Below, piece after piece: positions 61,356 through 64,000 of a stretch of 64,000 bases of DNA. This DNA is from Somniosus microcephalus. Lineage: Eukaryota. How positions within the stretch are numbered: position 1 is the stretch's first letter; every line of letters starts with the position of its first letter. The notes beneath the pieces were generated by a model. It did no database searches, was not told the origin of the DNA, and saw only the letters and a list, made by a program, of their open reading frames with translations. The stretch is taken from contig CM126217.1 of the NCBI GenBank assembly GCA_052327205.1, forward strand, positions 76,198,001 to 76,262,000, read 5' to 3'. Made by a program: the position numbers and the translations under genes.

Positions 61356-62629
61356 AAAGCCTTGAGAACAGAGATTCCATGAGGGAAGTTGCATTCTCCA
61401 TCACTGAATGGAATACTCCAAACTGCTGTTTCAAATGTGCCAGAGCAAGACCCCCCAAGCCTCTCATATAATTGGAAAACTATTTGACCATGGCAAAGTA
61501 TGACTGTTTAAGTTACACTGTGTCAATCAAATCTGGTGGGTAGCACCATTTGTTGTGTCTCTCTTAAATTATATACCTCAAAATGGTTGTCAGATGATAT
61601 GTTTACACTTTGTAACCAACCCTGGGTTTTAACTATATATATATACATATATAATTACTTATAAAACCCATTTGCAGAACTAGTGAGTTCTGTTTTCCTA
61701 GCTTTGAAACCTGACTCTAGAATAGTCCTTTAAGTACGTTAAGATGAGTTTGTTGAAACACCTCAATGGCTGCCCGTTTTACACCCTGCCCGATTTTTCC
61801 TTTCCATTGAGAAGTCAAATCAGGCGACATATAAAATCAAACAAGATGGTGCAATTAAATGGAATGGAACCAGAATGTAACCAAGGTACATTAAACAACG
61901 GTCACTATGGTAACCGTGGATGGTAATCTGCCAATGGGACATACAACACAGACGCAGGCAATGGAGCAACAACTCTTAAACACAGAGACTGTTTCATCCA
62001 TTTATAATGTGAAATTCACCGAGACACCTAGAATGAACCCGCTGTCGCCGTTTCCCGCCTGGTGAAATTGACCCCATTGACTTCAATGGAAAGGAAATCT
62101 TTGCGCACACGATGAAGTTGAATTTCACACTGATTGTGTTAACACTGCCCAAACGAAATATCACTTAAGGCACTTAATGGCCATCAAAGAAAGCAGACAT
62201 GATCCTGTCTGCCTGAATCTGGTTCGAGCCCATGTCCTGCAGTTGAAATGACAATTTGTCAACCAGTTCCACGAGGGGAAAGTTTATTTCCGATAGAAAT
62301 AAGGTTCCCTCACACAAGTTAAAAAAAATTATCCAGAGATTACTGCAGATGTAATGGAAAATAACTGAGCGGGATACAGTTGCTTAACAAATGCTGAATT
62401 ATAGTTTATGTAAACATTAAAAAATTCCCATTATCTTGCCAAAATATTTTCAGTGTGATATTAAATATTGCAACAGAACAATAACACATTATTGGCATAG
62501 CAATAATACATTTGTGTTTACATTCAGTAAAGTAGTGCTGGAATTTATGCTTCAGGCACTCATGGTCACTGAAGATATATATTGACATGCATTGCACATA
62601 TTGTTTGGGTCTAAGACGGGTGCAAATCA

Positions 62630-63137
62630 AACAAATTTAGCAGTGGGATGGCCTGTGCCCAGTCAGTGCAGAGTCGAGGGTCCCACTACTAATTTATGTT
62701 TTTTTTTGGGGTATCCTGGGTGGATGCTGAAAACAGGCATAACGGCCCTTAACTCTGTAAATTTGCAGCCCAACGCCTGTTGCAAGACCCCATTGAGAAA
62801 TTCGTAAGCAATGAGCGGGGCAGGTGTTGGGCCGACCTTGCTCAGGATCCTTCAGCGGTCTCTGTGACCGCCAACTCCAAGTAATGATTACATTTTTTTT
62901 TGTTTTAAAAAACAACCCATCCTGGGGAGCAGGAGTGTTCCCCCGCGACTCCACAGGGGCCGCAATTGCCCCCCCTCCAACCAATCCTCCCTCCCTGTAC
63001 TCCTCGCTGCTACAGGCGAGGCAGGTGGTTTGACATTGATGATTTCGCTCGAGCCCGAGGACCTGTTTCCTTCTGACCTTGGTACGGGCTCACTCTGGTC
63101 GTGCAGCAATTAGTCTGGCCAGACTAATTTCTAGGCC
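62630..63137. mobile_element. Harbinger-type MITE, right part
   Basis: GC-rich body ending aatttctaggcc, the reverse complement of the terminus at 63669. Left end not defined. Confidence 0.55.
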
Positions 63138-63537
63138 ATGTTGCCAAAAATAAATAAATATATAAATACCTGTAAACAAAAAACATGGGATTTTATATTG
63201 AAACATAAATTTGTATGTCACATCTTAAACGCACTCAGAAATATTGCCTACTAGTGCAGTGTAGTGTTCTTTTTACTATTTTTAATCCAAATTTTAGGTG
63301 ATGAAATGCCCACACATGGCATCTGTACTGTCAGGATGTATAGTGTTGAAGAGCTCTGATAATGACAATTACTAAGATGGATGCACTGCATTTAATGATC
63401 ATAATATACTGTTCATAGCACACATTGCAAAATTTAATTTTAGCATCAATTTGTTCATGTTTCAGTCAGAATTTAAAAATGTTTGAATTGATATACTACT
63501 TTAAACATATATTTTGCAACACACTGTTTATTCACAA

Positions 63538-63657
63538 ATCAGCTTTGCCTCACTGGTAGAGCTTTTGCCTCTGAGTCAGATGGTCATGTGTTCAAGCCCC
63601 AGTCCAGAGTCTAGAGTGTATCATCTAAGCTGACACTTCACTTCAGTACTAAGGGAA
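63538..63657 (+). mobile_element. Deu-type SINE tRNA head, decayed
   Basis: tcactggtagagcttttgcctctgagtcagatggtcatgtgttcaagcccc...ctaagctgacac matches the heads at 30077 and 59148. Confidence 0.7.
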
Positions 63658-63668
63658 TAAGAGATGTT

Positions 63669-64000
63669 GGCCTAGAAATTCGGTGGGCTGCGCCACCAGT
63701 TAGCGCCTAAAGAGGGCACTCAGTGGCTTTAGCGCCACTGGCCACGCCTCCCGCGATATTTAGCTGGGGTGCTAATGGCGGCGTTAGCCTGTTGCGCTGC
63801 GCCGCCACCGATGACGTCATTGGTGTGCGCAGCACCCTGCTACCGCCCCGATCTCGATATTCGGTAGCGCCCGCCTCTGTAGCGCCGTTCGCAACTCGCG
63901 CCCGGTTCACGGGGCCTACCTGTGGCGGCAGTGGCACAAATTAAGGTGGAGGTGCGGGGCAGCCATTTTTTCCGGCGGCTGCCTGCCAGCACCTCTGTCC
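63669..64000. mobile_element. Young CpG-rich Harbinger-type MITE, left part (runs off the window)
   Basis: Abrupt start ggcctagaaattcgg followed by undecayed CpG-rich sequence. Confidence 0.7.

Larger units (their letters stand above)
19081..64000 (+). other. TMTC2: TMTC2 intron 1 (more than 44.9 kb, continues beyond the window)
   Basis: GT donor at 19081. I found no sequence encoding the expected exon 2 peptide (RAIKTNQDL...DFWG...SHKSYRP) by eye or in the ORF track. Confidence 0.8.

Noticed and set aside
63126-63680. aatttctaggcc and ggcctagaaatt as the TIRs of one element
   Set aside because: They face outward: the right end of one MITE and the left end of another, with host DNA between.

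Overview
This is eukaryotic, repeat-rich genomic DNA. The repeat set (CR1 and L2 LINEs, tRNA-derived Deu-domain SINEs, an HE1-like V-SINE, a Penelope-like GIY-YIG remnant, PIF/Harbinger remnants and MITEs) points to a cartilaginous fish. The only host gene I recognise is TMTC2 (protein O-mannosyltransferase): a CpG-rich promoter at about 18.2-18.96 kb, an 83-nt first coding exon (18998-19080, MISEFVSSAVAIALYLNTLTADFCYDDS) and a first intron running past the window end. The most unusual structure lies 9-15 kb upstream: two copies of a non-autonomous Helitron-like element in tail-to-tail inverted orientation. Copy 1 (3743-7257) is complete, with A|TC...CTAG|T ends; copy 2 (about 8730-10155) is partly in an N gap. 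Each copy carries a housekeeping-type promoter module (CCAAT boxes 32 bp apart, GC boxes, three YY1-type motifs). Each also carries what looks like a captured first exon encoding a mitochondrial-presequence-like peptide and ending in a splice donor; in copy 2 this donor faces TMTC2. Copy 1 is expanded by three strand-asymmetric minisatellites, which explain the 900-aa ORFs in the ORF track. All family assignments were made by eye, with no database searches, and repeat boundaries are approximate unless termini are quoted.
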